Assembly: GCA_048938445.1 (NCBI GenBank)
Contig: JBHLME010000016.1
Span: 1-48,385 of the forward strand
Direction of reading: 5' to 3'
DNA from: Promethearchaeota archaeon
GTDB taxonomy: Archaea; Asgardarchaeota; Lokiarchaeia; Sigyniarchaeales; SOKP01
Length of the DNA stretch: 48,385 nucleotides
Each line of letters starts with the position of its first letter. The stretch's first letter is position 1. Both the position numbers and the translations under genes were made by a program. This document shows, piece after piece, positions 9,737 to 18,990 of this stretch. The notes under the pieces were generated by a model. That model did not search any database and was not told the origin of the DNA. It saw nothing but the letters and a program-made list of their open reading frames with translations.

Positions 9737-10180
9737 ATGGAAATTTTAACTTATCTGCAAGATTGTTCTTATGGTAAAGGTATAGTTGCTAATACATCAT
9801 TAAATGCAGGAACGGCTGTCCAAAAATATGAAGGTAGTATAGTTCCTTGGGAACAAGTTCCTAATGATGAAATTCGTTATGCTATACTAGTTAGCGATGA
9901 TCAATGGATGATTATAAAGACGGATGCTCGATATATAAACCACTCATGTGATCCAAATTGTATCATTAATGAATCTCTCGAAGTAGTCACTATACGTCCA
10001 GTGAATAAAGATGAAGAGATAACAGTACGCTACAATGTGGTTTATAAAAATGAAAATCCCGGAATGTGGGATAACAGATGGTCTTTTAAATGTTTATGTG
10101 GTTCAAAAATTTGTCAAGGTGTTATAGATAAATATATCAATGAAGATGGATCTGAATGTAAACCATCAGGCGAATATTAA
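9737..10180 (+). CDS. SET-domain protein lysine methyltransferase with post-SET Cys cluster
   Basis: GKGIVA, RYINHSCDPNC, EEITVRY, FKCLCGSKICQG; ATG 9737 follows GAGG (track start is TTG 9728). Confidence 0.92.
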   Translation: MEILTYLQDCSYGKGIVANTSLNAGTAVQKYEGSIVPWEQVPNDEIRYAILVSDDQWMIIKTDARYINHSCDPNCIINESLEVVTIRPVNKDEEITVRYNVVYKNENPGMWDNRWSFKCLCGSKICQGVIDKYINEDGSECKPSGEY

Positions 10181-10287
10181 ATAATAAATTTAATAAAAGC
10201 ATTTATTAAAAATAAAATAGAATCTCATAGAGCTTTTTTTAATATTTTTAAAATTGCATCATTAAAAATTTTGCTATAAAATTGATA

Positions 10288-10917
10288 TTATAAGGCAAGA
10301 AAATAAGTGTTCTTTTCACTATTAAAACCAATAATTTTATTCTTTATAAGTGTATTTAACACATTTTCAGTCCATTTCTTACTCGTTTTTGCTATTTTCC
10401 TAATTTCTTTAAATGATAATTCAGAATTTAAGACTAATGATAAAATTATTTTACCTTTCACGGATAAAATATCAATATCTAATATTTCCTTTACGTTTGC
10501 TTCAATCTCTTGAATTCTCATCTGTGAATTTGACCATTCATTAGATAATTTTGTAATCACCTCGTCAGTTGTCCTGAAAACTTTCATATTTAAAGCTTTA
10601 TCTAAATTTTCAATTAATTCTTCTTTTGATAATCCCTTGCCAAGATAGTTATTAAAAGCTTCAATGCAAACCATATAATCTCTACTATCATCAAATTCAT
10701 TTAACATCAAGACAATTATGACTTCTTCTTTTTCATTGTAATATGAGATTGAATTCCAGCCTTTTTCTTGGATGGTTATATACGATTCTATAAAGTTGTG
10801 TGAGATTTGTATTTGTTGAACAGCATTAATGGATATGTCTAAATCTTTTGGATATTGTAACCATACCATCCCTCCTTCTACTTGATCCCATTTCACAAGG
10901 AACATTCCTATAGGCAT
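10288..10917 (-). CDS. Hypothetical protein: longin/uDENN-like N-domain, coiled coil, C-terminal winged helix
   Basis: GMFLVKWDQVEGGMVWLQYP resembles the uDENN/longin beta1-beta2 pattern; LSFKEIRKIAKTSKKWTENVLNTLIKNKIIG resembles a wHTH. Confidence 0.5.
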   Translation of the reverse strand: MPIGMFLVKWDQVEGGMVWLQYPKDLDISINAVQQIQISHNFIESYITIQEKGWNSISYYNEKEEVIIVLMLNEFDDSRDYMVCIEAFNNYLGKGLSKEELIENLDKALNMKVFRTTDEVITKLSNEWSNSQMRIQEIEANVKEILDIDILSVKGKIILSLVLNSELSFKEIRKIAKTSKKWTENVLNTLIKNKIIGFNSEKNTYFLAL

Positions 10918-11066
10918 GAATTCTCACGAAATAATTTATTTTTGATTTTTAGACAAAGACATTAATATTAAAAAATTTAAGTTATATAAATAAATTTTTT
11001 CTAATTATAACTTAATTTATTAATCATACTGATAAATGTACTAATGAACGTTAATAAATCATAAAA

Positions 11067-11342
11067 ATGAAGAAACGAATTGTTATAAAGGTATATGGGA
11101 GAGTTCAAGGAGTGTTCTTCAGATATACTACCAGAAAAATAGCTAGTCGCTTAGGTTTGACAGGGAGAGTAAAAAATATGCCGGATGGTTCTGTTTTTAT
11201 TGAAGCTGAAGGACCTGAGGAAAAACTTAAAGAATTACTTAAATTTTCGAAAAAAGGGCCAGATCGAGCTATAGTAGAACGAGTGGAATTTGAAATATCT
11301 GATCCAATGCATCAATATCATGGTTTTGATTACGATTTTTAG
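11067..11342 (+). CDS. acyP: Acylphosphatase
   Basis: VYGRVQGVFFR and GRVKNMPDGSV signatures. Confidence 0.96.
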   Translation: MKKRIVIKVYGRVQGVFFRYTTRKIASRLGLTGRVKNMPDGSVFIEAEGPEEKLKELLKFSKKGPDRAIVERVEFEISDPMHQYHGFDYDF

Positions 11343-11407
11343 AGAGATATTGTGATAATATACATATATTACTTTCGTTAAATAACGATCTTGAAGATTA
11401 ATTCATC

Positions 11408-11764
11408 ATGACGTCTCCTCTGAAGAAAAATAAATTTCTTCAAGATATTAACGAGGTTAAGAGCAATGAAAATGTAAGATATCACCTTCCATTAATCTTG
11501 AGGATGTTTGGAACCCTTAATGTTATTAATCTCAGAACTGAAAACAGGTATATCTTATGTAATTTCATTGATCAATATAGTGACCTTTTAGACATTGATG
11601 AAGACATTTATACTACTAATAATCAAAAAGGATTAAACCAACTCTTGTTGTTAGCTCTCGATAGAGCAAAAAAACATAATTTAATTAATGTTTTATATAA
11701 AGAATATTTGTATTCCTTTAAAGCAATATTAGATAAGAAGGAATTTAGAGATTTAAGAATTTAA
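11408..11764 (+). CDS. Hypothetical protein
   Basis: 118-aa ORF filling the gap between acyP and tbp; no motif recognised. Confidence 0.65.
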   Translation: MTSPLKKNKFLQDINEVKSNENVRYHLPLILRMFGTLNVINLRTENRYILCNFIDQYSDLLDIDEDIYTTNNQKGLNQLLLLALDRAKKHNLINVLYKEYLYSFKAILDKKEFRDLRI

Positions 11765-11782
11765 TTTCATATAATCTTCTTA

Positions 11783-12403
11783 TTAAATAAAAGTGATGTC
11801 TTGATAATCCGCATCATATATATCATTTTGACAAATTCCCAATTCACGAATTTCTTTATTTAATTTCATTATAGCCTCTTTCACAACATCCTTGTCTTTT
11901 GCTCCTGTACATACAATCCTACCCGTTGAAAAAATTAAAAATACGGTTTTAGGATCTTGCATTCGATATATCAACCCTGGAAATACTTCCGGTTCATACA
12001 TTGCAGAGTCCATGGTGATTGCTGCCAGATTCAAATCAACATTTGTATGTAAGTCTCCAGAGGCTACTATATTTTGAATCGTGATTTTAGGATTTGAAAT
12101 TTTGATTCCCGCTTTTTTAATACTTTTTATGATTTTTTCTACTACCTGAGTCGACTCAGAAGCTTCCCTAAGTCCAGTTATAACCATTTTTCCTGTTGAA
12201 AATACCAATATTGTTGCTCGAGGTTTTTCAACTTTCATGATTAATCCAGGAAATCTCTCAGGATTATATTCTACATCAACATATTTTTGGGCAATCTGTT
12301 TAAGATCAATTTTTTCTTCTATTTCAACTATAACAGTCGCAACTACATTTTCAATTTTATAATCTAGAACTACTTTCATCTCATATTCTTCTTCTTGCGA
12401 CAT
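11783..12403 (-). CDS. tbp: TATA-box binding protein
   Basis: Two TBP repeats: IENVVAT/YNPERFPGLI/FSTGKMVITG and IQNIVAS/YEPEVFPGLI/FSTGRIVCTG. Confidence 0.98.
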   Translation of the reverse strand: MSQEEEYEMKVVLDYKIENVVATVIVEIEEKIDLKQIAQKYVDVEYNPERFPGLIMKVEKPRATILVFSTGKMVITGLREASESTQVVEKIIKSIKKAGIKISNPKITIQNIVASGDLHTNVDLNLAAITMDSAMYEPEVFPGLIYRMQDPKTVFLIFSTGRIVCTGAKDKDVVKEAIMKLNKEIRELGICQNDIYDADYQDITFI

Positions 12404-12632
12404 AATAAATTTAAAATGGATCTTTATTTTTTAAATTGATTAAAATTAAACTTTGTCATTGACTATTTATTCAATATAATTAGTTTTCATCAAACATCTT
12501 ATAGTTGGTAAATAATGAATTTTAGAATGATTTTAATTTTATTTTAAGGGTTTGTATATATCCTGTATAAAATAAGATATAAAAGAAATATTAAACTCCA
12601 CAAAAAACAAATTAATTTTAGTAAAGTATTAT

Positions 12633-13163
12633 CTACATTTCAACCGCTAGAGCTTTGAGAATACTTTTTATGAGCTCTAGAAAAGCATTTTCAACATTTT
12701 CTCCTGTTTTTGCAGATGTAAGGATATATTGCATTTTATTTTTATTAGCAAAATCTTTTACTTCACTATTTTTAATTTTTATATTTGAGGATAAGTCTGT
12801 TTTGTTTCCAACTAATAGTAATTGTTGTTGTCCCCTCGCTTCTGAGAACGATTTTACCCATTCATCAAGCTTTTCAAATGAATTTCTTTGAGTCATGTCA
12901 AAAATAACTAATGCTCCATTTGCTCCCTCTAAATATAGCTGTCTTAGACTTTTAAAAGATTCTTGCCCCCCTAGATCCCAAATCTGAACAGTTGTATATC
13001 CATAACCTTCAATATCTAAGTCTTTTTTAAGTAAATTAACTCCGAGAGTTGCTTTATAATTATCTCTGAATTTATTCTCAATATATCGGTATAATAATGA
13101 AGTCTTCCCTACATTAGCCTCTCCAAGTAAACAAACCTTAATGATATATTTCCTTTCTGCCAT
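12633..13163 (-). CDS. Rab-like small GTPase
   Basis: G1 GEANVGKT, G2 ATLG, G3 WDLGGQ, G4 NKTD, G5 TSAK; no C-terminal Cys. Confidence 0.95.
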   Translation of the reverse strand: MAERKYIIKVCLLGEANVGKTSLLYRYIENKFRDNYKATLGVNLLKKDLDIEGYGYTTVQIWDLGGQESFKSLRQLYLEGANGALVIFDMTQRNSFEKLDEWVKSFSEARGQQQLLLVGNKTDLSSNIKIKNSEVKDFANKNKMQYILTSAKTGENVENAFLELIKSILKALAVEM

Positions 13164-13268
13164 GGTTGATCAAACAGTTAATTTATTTATAATATCAATA
13201 TAATATAATTTTTCCTTTTAATAATTTTACTCTTTATGAACCATATGAAAATATTTTATTATAAATAA

Positions 13269-13778
13269 TCACTCATTTTGAAAAACGATCATGAACTCGC
13301 AGAAATCTTGACCAGATTGTAGACTACAATTTATTTCTTGTGCGAAACAATGTACGTTATCTAAATTAGTAACCCCCCCCAATAATTTTTCAACAAGCCC
13401 AGCCAATAAACCTGCTTCAAAAGAACAAAAATTTCCTTTCGTCGTAATTCCCTGATTAACAAGGTCTTTGCTGGATGAGTGTCCTTTTAATCTTAATTGA
13501 ATAATTTCACCGGAACTATCTGTAATCGATACGTCACCTATGTTATATTCTGATATTGCCCTCTTCAGGGCATCTGGGATACTATTAACATCAGAAATGG
13601 GATCAACTTTTAAAAAAGTGCCTAATTCATGTCCTAAATAATAAAAAATAGCTTCTAATTGATGTCCTAAGGCTAGTAAAGCCCCAACCTTCATATCTCC
13701 TATTTCCTTACCTTCCAATAGGCGAGATTTCATGATTGCTAAAATTTTTGAGAGTAATTGTCTATCCATACTTATCAA
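13269..13778 (-). CDS. V4R-domain protein
   Basis: YYLGHELG helix, FCSFEAGLLAG, QEINC...FCEF (C/E/C/C Zn-site pattern). Confidence 0.85.
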   Translation of the reverse strand: MISMDRQLLSKILAIMKSRLLEGKEIGDMKVGALLALGHQLEAIFYYLGHELGTFLKVDPISDVNSIPDALKRAISEYNIGDVSITDSSGEIIQLRLKGHSSSKDLVNQGITTKGNFCSFEAGLLAGLVEKLLGGVTNLDNVHCFAQEINCSLQSGQDFCEFMIVFQNE

Positions 13779-13803
13779 TCTTTTATTTTTTCAATTTTTT
13801 TGT

Positions 13804-14100
13804 TTATAATTCAATACTTGAAATAAATCCATTCAAGATAGCATCAATGATGTCTTCCTCCTCAACATCTACACTTAATTTTTTTTCCGCAATTATTAAA
13901 GTGGGGACTGAGGTAATCATGTGCTTTTTCACTAAATGTATATTTTCCTTATTTTCAATATTAATTTTTTCTATGTATAACTTCTTTCCAAACATCGAAA
14001 TATTTATTTTTTTTAACATTTCTTCAACTGGTTTACATGGGGCACAATGATCCGAGGAAAACAATAATATTTTCGGATATCCTTCAATATCTCCATACAT
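13804..14100 (-). CDS. Thioredoxin/glutaredoxin-like protein
   Basis: FSSDHCAPC active site and the ITSVPTLII cis-Pro motif. Confidence 0.9.
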   Translation of the reverse strand: MYGDIEGYPKILLFSSDHCAPCKPVEEMLKKINISMFGKKLYIEKINIENKENIHLVKKHMITSVPTLIIAEKKLSVDVEEEDIIDAILNGFISSIEL

Positions 14101-14114
14101 ATTTATTTGTATTG

Positions 14115-14651
14115 TTATTTAAATCTATTATACAATTCCTTAATTATTGCTTGAAAAGCTTCATATACTCCGCTTCCAGTTTTTGCGCTGGTTTTATAAT
14201 AACCAAGAAATTTACGTTGTTTCACAATTTTTTTTATAGTACTATCATTGGCATTTGGATTTTTAACTAAATCAATTTTATTACCGAATAAGACAATTGG
14301 AAGTTCGCCACAATATTTTTTTATATCATTATGCCATTCATCAATACTTTTAATGCTTTCTTTACCATGTTCACTATCTTCCTGAGAAAATACAATAATC
14401 GCTGCTTTAGATCCCTTATAAAAGGTCGGTCGCATGAAATCAAATTCTCGCTGTCCGGCAATGTCCCAAAAAAATAATTTGCAATTGTTTCCGTCAATTT
14501 TTTCATCATATTTCGAAAATTGGGCTCCTAATGTCTTAATATAATCCTTTTGGAAACTCCCTTGGGTATATTTCTTAATAAGGCTTGTTTTTCCAACAGC
14601 CCCGTTTCCAATAACAGTTATTTTGAAAACAAATCCACGTTCATCGCTCAT
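14115..14651 (-). CDS. Rab-like small GTPase
   Basis: GNGAVGKT, KTLG, WDIAGQ, NKID, TSAK; ATG 14651 preferred over GTG 14663. Confidence 0.95.
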   Translation of the reverse strand: MSDERGFVFKITVIGNGAVGKTSLIKKYTQGSFQKDYIKTLGAQFSKYDEKIDGNNCKLFFWDIAGQREFDFMRPTFYKGSKAAIIVFSQEDSEHGKESIKSIDEWHNDIKKYCGELPIVLFGNKIDLVKNPNANDSTIKKIVKQRKFLGYYKTSAKTGSGVYEAFQAIIKELYNRFK

Positions 14652-14853
14652 TACTATTTTCACTCTGTAATTTTATTCTCCTATATAGACATTTAATATT
14701 ATATTATGCGTTCTATTAATAATTTGACGCTTTATTAATAGAATTTTATAATAAATTTCTTAGTAAGTTTTATAATAACAATCAAAAGTTTTAAATGTTT
14801 ATAGATATAAAAATGCTCTATATTATGAGTATCAATTATATATCTTTTTAATC

Positions 14854-15363
14854 ATGAAGTATAAATTAGATAAAATAAAGAAGATTATAAATGATCTTAC
14901 ACAAAAGAAAATTCAGATCGCAATAGCAGAATCATGTACAGGAGGATATATTTCTCACATGTTCACCAATATTTCGGGGGCTTCTAAAGTGTTCGAAAGA
15001 GGTGTTGTAAGTTATAGCAACGAAGCAAAGATAGAAGTTCTAAATGTAAAATCAGAAACAATTAATAAATATGGTGCCGCGTCGGCACAAGTTGCTAGAC
15101 AAATGGCTGAAAATATTCGTAATTTATCTAAAGTAGATATAGGTGTGGGAATCACGGGGATAGCTGGTCCAACCGGAGGTACTGAAGAAAAACCAATAGG
15201 TCTAGTGTATATCGGATTTTCAACACAAATGGACACGTTAATAAAGAAATTTATTTTTAAAACAGATAGAATAAGTTTTAAAAAAAAAGTATTAGACGAG
15301 ATAATATTACTACTAAATGATTATTTGAAAGAGCTTAAAAAATCAGTAAATAAAAAGCTTTAG
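14854..15363 (+). CDS. pncC: CinA C-terminal domain protein (NMN deamidase, PncC-like)
   Basis: AESCTGG, SGASKVF, YSNEAK, ITGIAGPTGG, KPIGLVYIG. Confidence 0.92.
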   Translation: MKYKLDKIKKIINDLTQKKIQIAIAESCTGGYISHMFTNISGASKVFERGVVSYSNEAKIEVLNVKSETINKYGAASAQVARQMAENIRNLSKVDIGVGITGIAGPTGGTEEKPIGLVYIGFSTQMDTLIKKFIFKTDRISFKKKVLDEIILLLNDYLKELKKSVNKKL

Positions 15364-15422
15364 TTTTTATTTTTTAAATATAACATTATTCTATTAATCA
15401 TATTATTATTACATTCATTCAT

Positions 15423-16907
15423 ATGAAAGAAAAAAAATCCTCATTATTATTTATAATACCAAATTTCTTTTTCATCGAAAAATATCAAAAAAAATTGTAT
15501 TATTATGATATTCCAATTGGAACACTACAATTATCTTCGTTTTTAAGAAAAGATTTAAACGTTAAAACACAGATAATTGATTTAAGAATGGAAAGTGAAA
15601 AATATTCAAATCTACGAATAGTTAATCCTAATGATAACAAGTTAAATGAATTTTTAATAAAAGTATTAGAAAGAAATGATATCCAAGAATTTGATAACAT
15701 CGGGATTAATTGTTATACAAGTTTTCAATATCTTTATACCGATTCATTAGCAAGAATATTAAAAGAAGAATTTGCAGATAAAACTGTTATAGTGGGGGGT
15801 TATCATCCTACTGCTGTTCCAGAGGATTTTTCATATAAAAATGCTCCTTATGACTATATTCTAAGAGGTGAATCAGAAACAATCTTACAAGATTTATTTC
15901 TTAATAAAAAGATAAATGGGAAAAACAAAGTCAAAAAACCTCAAATATTAACTCCTGATAGGATAATTGATATCAATTACTTACCATTTCCAGATTATGA
16001 GTTATATTTAAACAAATATCCTTATAACGATAAATATAAATATGAAATATATATGTCCAGAGGATGTCCTTATCAATGTGCTTTTTGTGCAGAGAACTAT
16101 GATTTTAGAAGTTTAAATTTTGATATTTTCCAAAACCATTTTAATAAATTAATAGAAATTTTAGGCTCTATAAATAAAAAACAAATAAAAATAGGATTTG
16201 CAGATCAATCATTTGATAGAGTATCAATTAATAAAAAAGTGTTATCATTTATCATTGATAAGGAATATAATGAAAGATTCACTTTTTCATGCCAAAGTAG
16301 GATTGAAAGTATATCAAATGACATTCCCTTGTTAAAAATGCTTAAAAAAGCGGGATTTGTAGTTGGATTTGGTTTTGAAACGGCTAATAAAAACCTACTT
16401 TTAGAAATGCACAAAACTAAGGATCCTTTAAAATATGTGGATATGACAAAAAAAATCATTAATAAATATAAAAATAGTAGTGGTCCCTATTGTAGGCTGA
16501 ATATTGTTTCTGGATTTCCAGGAGAAAATGAATCTTCGTTTAATGAAACGATAGAATTCATTAATAAGCATGCATTAAACGAAAATATTCAAATAAGTCC
16601 TTCTCTTTTTTCAAATTATCCAAACCTGTTTGTATATAAAAATATGACCTATTATAAGATGAAATTCGGAACAAATTTCATAAAAGAATGGTGGAAAATC
16701 CATTCTAATCCATTCAAAAACTCGGTTCCTGATCCTTCGAGAACTTATGGTTTAAAACAGCTCATTTCAGATTATAAAGAGAAATATATTTCAATTCTCA
16801 ATTTTTTTAAACGTGAGAAACAAGAAATATTTAGCGATCTTGTTATTTGGAAAAAATTCTACAATAATTGGTATGAAGAACTAGATAATATGTCCCAAAT
16901 GAATTAA
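15423..16907 (+). CDS. Cobalamin-binding radical SAM enzyme
   Basis: VIVGGYHPT and RGESE in the B12 domain; SRGCPYQCAFC (CxxxCxxC); GFET; GFPGE. Confidence 0.88.
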   Translation: MKEKKSSLLFIIPNFFFIEKYQKKLYYYDIPIGTLQLSSFLRKDLNVKTQIIDLRMESEKYSNLRIVNPNDNKLNEFLIKVLERNDIQEFDNIGINCYTSFQYLYTDSLARILKEEFADKTVIVGGYHPTAVPEDFSYKNAPYDYILRGESETILQDLFLNKKINGKNKVKKPQILTPDRIIDINYLPFPDYELYLNKYPYNDKYKYEIYMSRGCPYQCAFCAENYDFRSLNFDIFQNHFNKLIEILGSINKKQIKIGFADQSFDRVSINKKVLSFIIDKEYNERFTFSCQSRIESISNDIPLLKMLKKAGFVVGFGFETANKNLLLEMHKTKDPLKYVDMTKKIINKYKNSSGPYCRLNIVSGFPGENESSFNETIEFINKHALNENIQISPSLFSNYPNLFVYKNMTYYKMKFGTNFIKEWWKIHSNPFKNSVPDPSRTYGLKQLISDYKEKYISILNFFKREKQEIFSDLVIWKKFYNNWYEELDNMSQMN

Positions 16908-16928
16908 GAATATTATTTTTTCATTAAA

Positions 16929-18017
16929 TTAAATAACGCAGATTTTAAATCCACAATACTTGCATTTACCCTTAAAATCTAAGTTATTTTCTTCAATATT
17001 AAAAGAATTTCTTTTTAAAACGATTTTTGAACAACTCGGACACGTGGTATTGCTATAAATATCATTACTTATATTCCCTAGATAAACAAACTTTAAACCA
17101 GATTTCTTAGCTATATTAAAAGCGTTTTTAAGTATTTTTAATGAAGTTGCTTTTCTTATTTCGTAATGGGTAGATTTATATTGAGGAAAAAAGCGATTTA
17201 AATGAAATGGTGTCAATTCGCCTAAATCTTCAACAATTCTTTCAGAAATTCCCTTTATAATTTCATCATTTGAATTCATATTATCAATTACTAATGTTGT
17301 AATTTCTACATGTACACCTAATTTTTTTGCTAATATGGCATTTCGCCAAATTTTTTCTACATCTGCTCCACAATACTCTTTAACCATGCCAGAATCCCCC
17401 TTGATATCAATGTTTATAGCATCTAAACCACTTTTTATTAGTTCTTTTAATACATTTTCTGTCATGTATCCATTTGATACAAATGTATTATATAATCCTT
17501 TCTTACGTGCTAATTTAAATACATCTAAAGAATATTCAAATAAAAGCGTGGGTTCGTTAAATGAAATTGATGTTCCTTGACAATTATTTTTAAGTGCCTC
17601 ATTAACCATCTTCTCAGGTGAATAATAATTTTGATTATTTTTCAATAAATCAATGATTACAAGCTCAGGATGGGAAATATTATGGTTTTGGCACCAAAAA
17701 CAATCAAAATTACAGCCATAAGTGCCAATTGTTAAAGCTCGGCTTCCCGGATAAAAATGATATAGTGGCTTTTTCTCAATTGGGTTTATGGATTTAGCAC
17801 TAATGACACCATGGACAATGGTAAATATTTTACCCCTATGATTAATCCGTGTTTGACAATGACCCGTTCTACCTACATTTATCTTACATTTTCTCTCACA
17901 ATTAAGGCATTGAGAAATTTCACTCGATAATTTATCTTGAAATTTAGATTTTTTAAGAAAATTTGAATTAAGCAAATAGTTTTTTTCATTTAGAAAAATT
18001 TCTATTGTTTTTTTCAT
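16929..18017 (-). CDS. amrS: AmmeMemoRadiSam-system radical SAM enzyme
   Basis: CLNCERKC, NPIEKKPLYHFYPG, GCNFDCFWCQN, FNEP, SNGY, YLGN, C-terminal CxxC pairs. Confidence 0.92.
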   Translation of the reverse strand: MKKTIEIFLNEKNYLLNSNFLKKSKFQDKLSSEISQCLNCERKCKINVGRTGHCQTRINHRGKIFTIVHGVISAKSINPIEKKPLYHFYPGSRALTIGTYGCNFDCFWCQNHNISHPELVIIDLLKNNQNYYSPEKMVNEALKNNCQGTSISFNEPTLLFEYSLDVFKLARKKGLYNTFVSNGYMTENVLKELIKSGLDAINIDIKGDSGMVKEYCGADVEKIWRNAILAKKLGVHVEITTLVIDNMNSNDEIIKGISERIVEDLGELTPFHLNRFFPQYKSTHYEIRKATSLKILKNAFNIAKKSGLKFVYLGNISNDIYSNTTCPSCSKIVLKRNSFNIEENNLDFKGKCKYCGFKICVI

Positions 18018-18038
18018 AAATACACTTCAAACTACTAA

Positions 18039-18989
18039 TTATATTATTTTTTTTAGATACCAAAAGATCAATGGAAGGGCTATCGTGGCATCTGAAATTA
18101 CCGTGGAATATTTAGCATTGGGGTTTACTTTTCCCCAAGATATTGCTTCTTGAAGCGTCGCCCCACTCAATCCCCCTGGTTCGGGGCGATCCATGGTTAT
18201 TTGGATTGCATAAGAAGCAGAATTTGGGCAAAATTGTAAAGATTGCATGATGAAATTTTTTGGAACGCCTCCTCCAACAATACATACACCTGCTTTTTTT
18301 GCATCCCATGCTAAGTCCACCATTTTAAGCATGTCTTTAAAATGATTCAAGTTTAATTTTTGGTGATTAAATCCCAATTGTAAGGCTAAACCGGAGTCAG
18401 TAAAGGCTGGACAAAAAATCGGAATATTTCGTATTGAACATACTTTTAAGATTGAGTTTGAGTCCTCTGGTAATTGTTCTCCTAAAAACTTTAAAAAGTC
18501 ACTGACAGGCATATGAACATCTGGAATATTTAAATTTTTTACAAAATCTTCGATACCCTCATAAACTTTGTTTGGCAAGAATACGTCATAAATTCTATTC
18601 ATTTCTTCATCAAGTAAATACGAGTCATCGAGATTATCAACCTTTAAATCCCCTTGTAAATGATGATAACCTAAAGTCTCAGCAATATCATGCGTGAGAT
18701 TTGCGCCTGTTGTTACCAATATATCTATAAACCCTTCCTCAATAAAATCATGAATAATACCTTGCATTCCTGCTGGAACCAGCGCTCCCGCTAAACCAAA
18801 AAATTTCACGCATTCTTTATCCTCAACCATTTCTTTATAAATCTCACATGCTCGTGCTAACCTTTTTGCATTAAATCCTGTATCTTTTAAATTATTTATA
18901 AGTCCTAATATATCTTGATCTTTTAATATTCTAAATTGGTTAACTTTCTTTAAATTTTCTTTAAATTCTTTTTTATTCATTTTTTTCAC
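18039..18989 (-). CDS. dys: Deoxyhypusine synthase
   Basis: TGANLTHD, NRIYDV, CPAFTDS, GGGVPKN, GGLSGATLQEAISWGK (catalytic Lys retained), DATIALP. Confidence 0.95.
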   Translation of the reverse strand: MKKMNKKEFKENLKKVNQFRILKDQDILGLINNLKDTGFNAKRLARACEIYKEMVEDKECVKFFGLAGALVPAGMQGIIHDFIEEGFIDILVTTGANLTHDIAETLGYHHLQGDLKVDNLDDSYLLDEEMNRIYDVFLPNKVYEGIEDFVKNLNIPDVHMPVSDFLKFLGEQLPEDSNSILKVCSIRNIPIFCPAFTDSGLALQLGFNHQKLNLNHFKDMLKMVDLAWDAKKAGVCIVGGGVPKNFIMQSLQFCPNSASYAIQITMDRPEPGGLSGATLQEAISWGKVNPNAKYSTVISDATIALPLIFWYLKKII

Positions 18990-18990
18990 T

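Noticed and set aside
13269-14100. Possible selenocysteine recoding, since Lokiarchaeia use Sec, in the thioredoxin or in TGA-ending genes such as V4R
   Set aside because: The thioredoxin has plain CAPC, and the TGA codons fall at natural domain ends with no meaningful downstream reading
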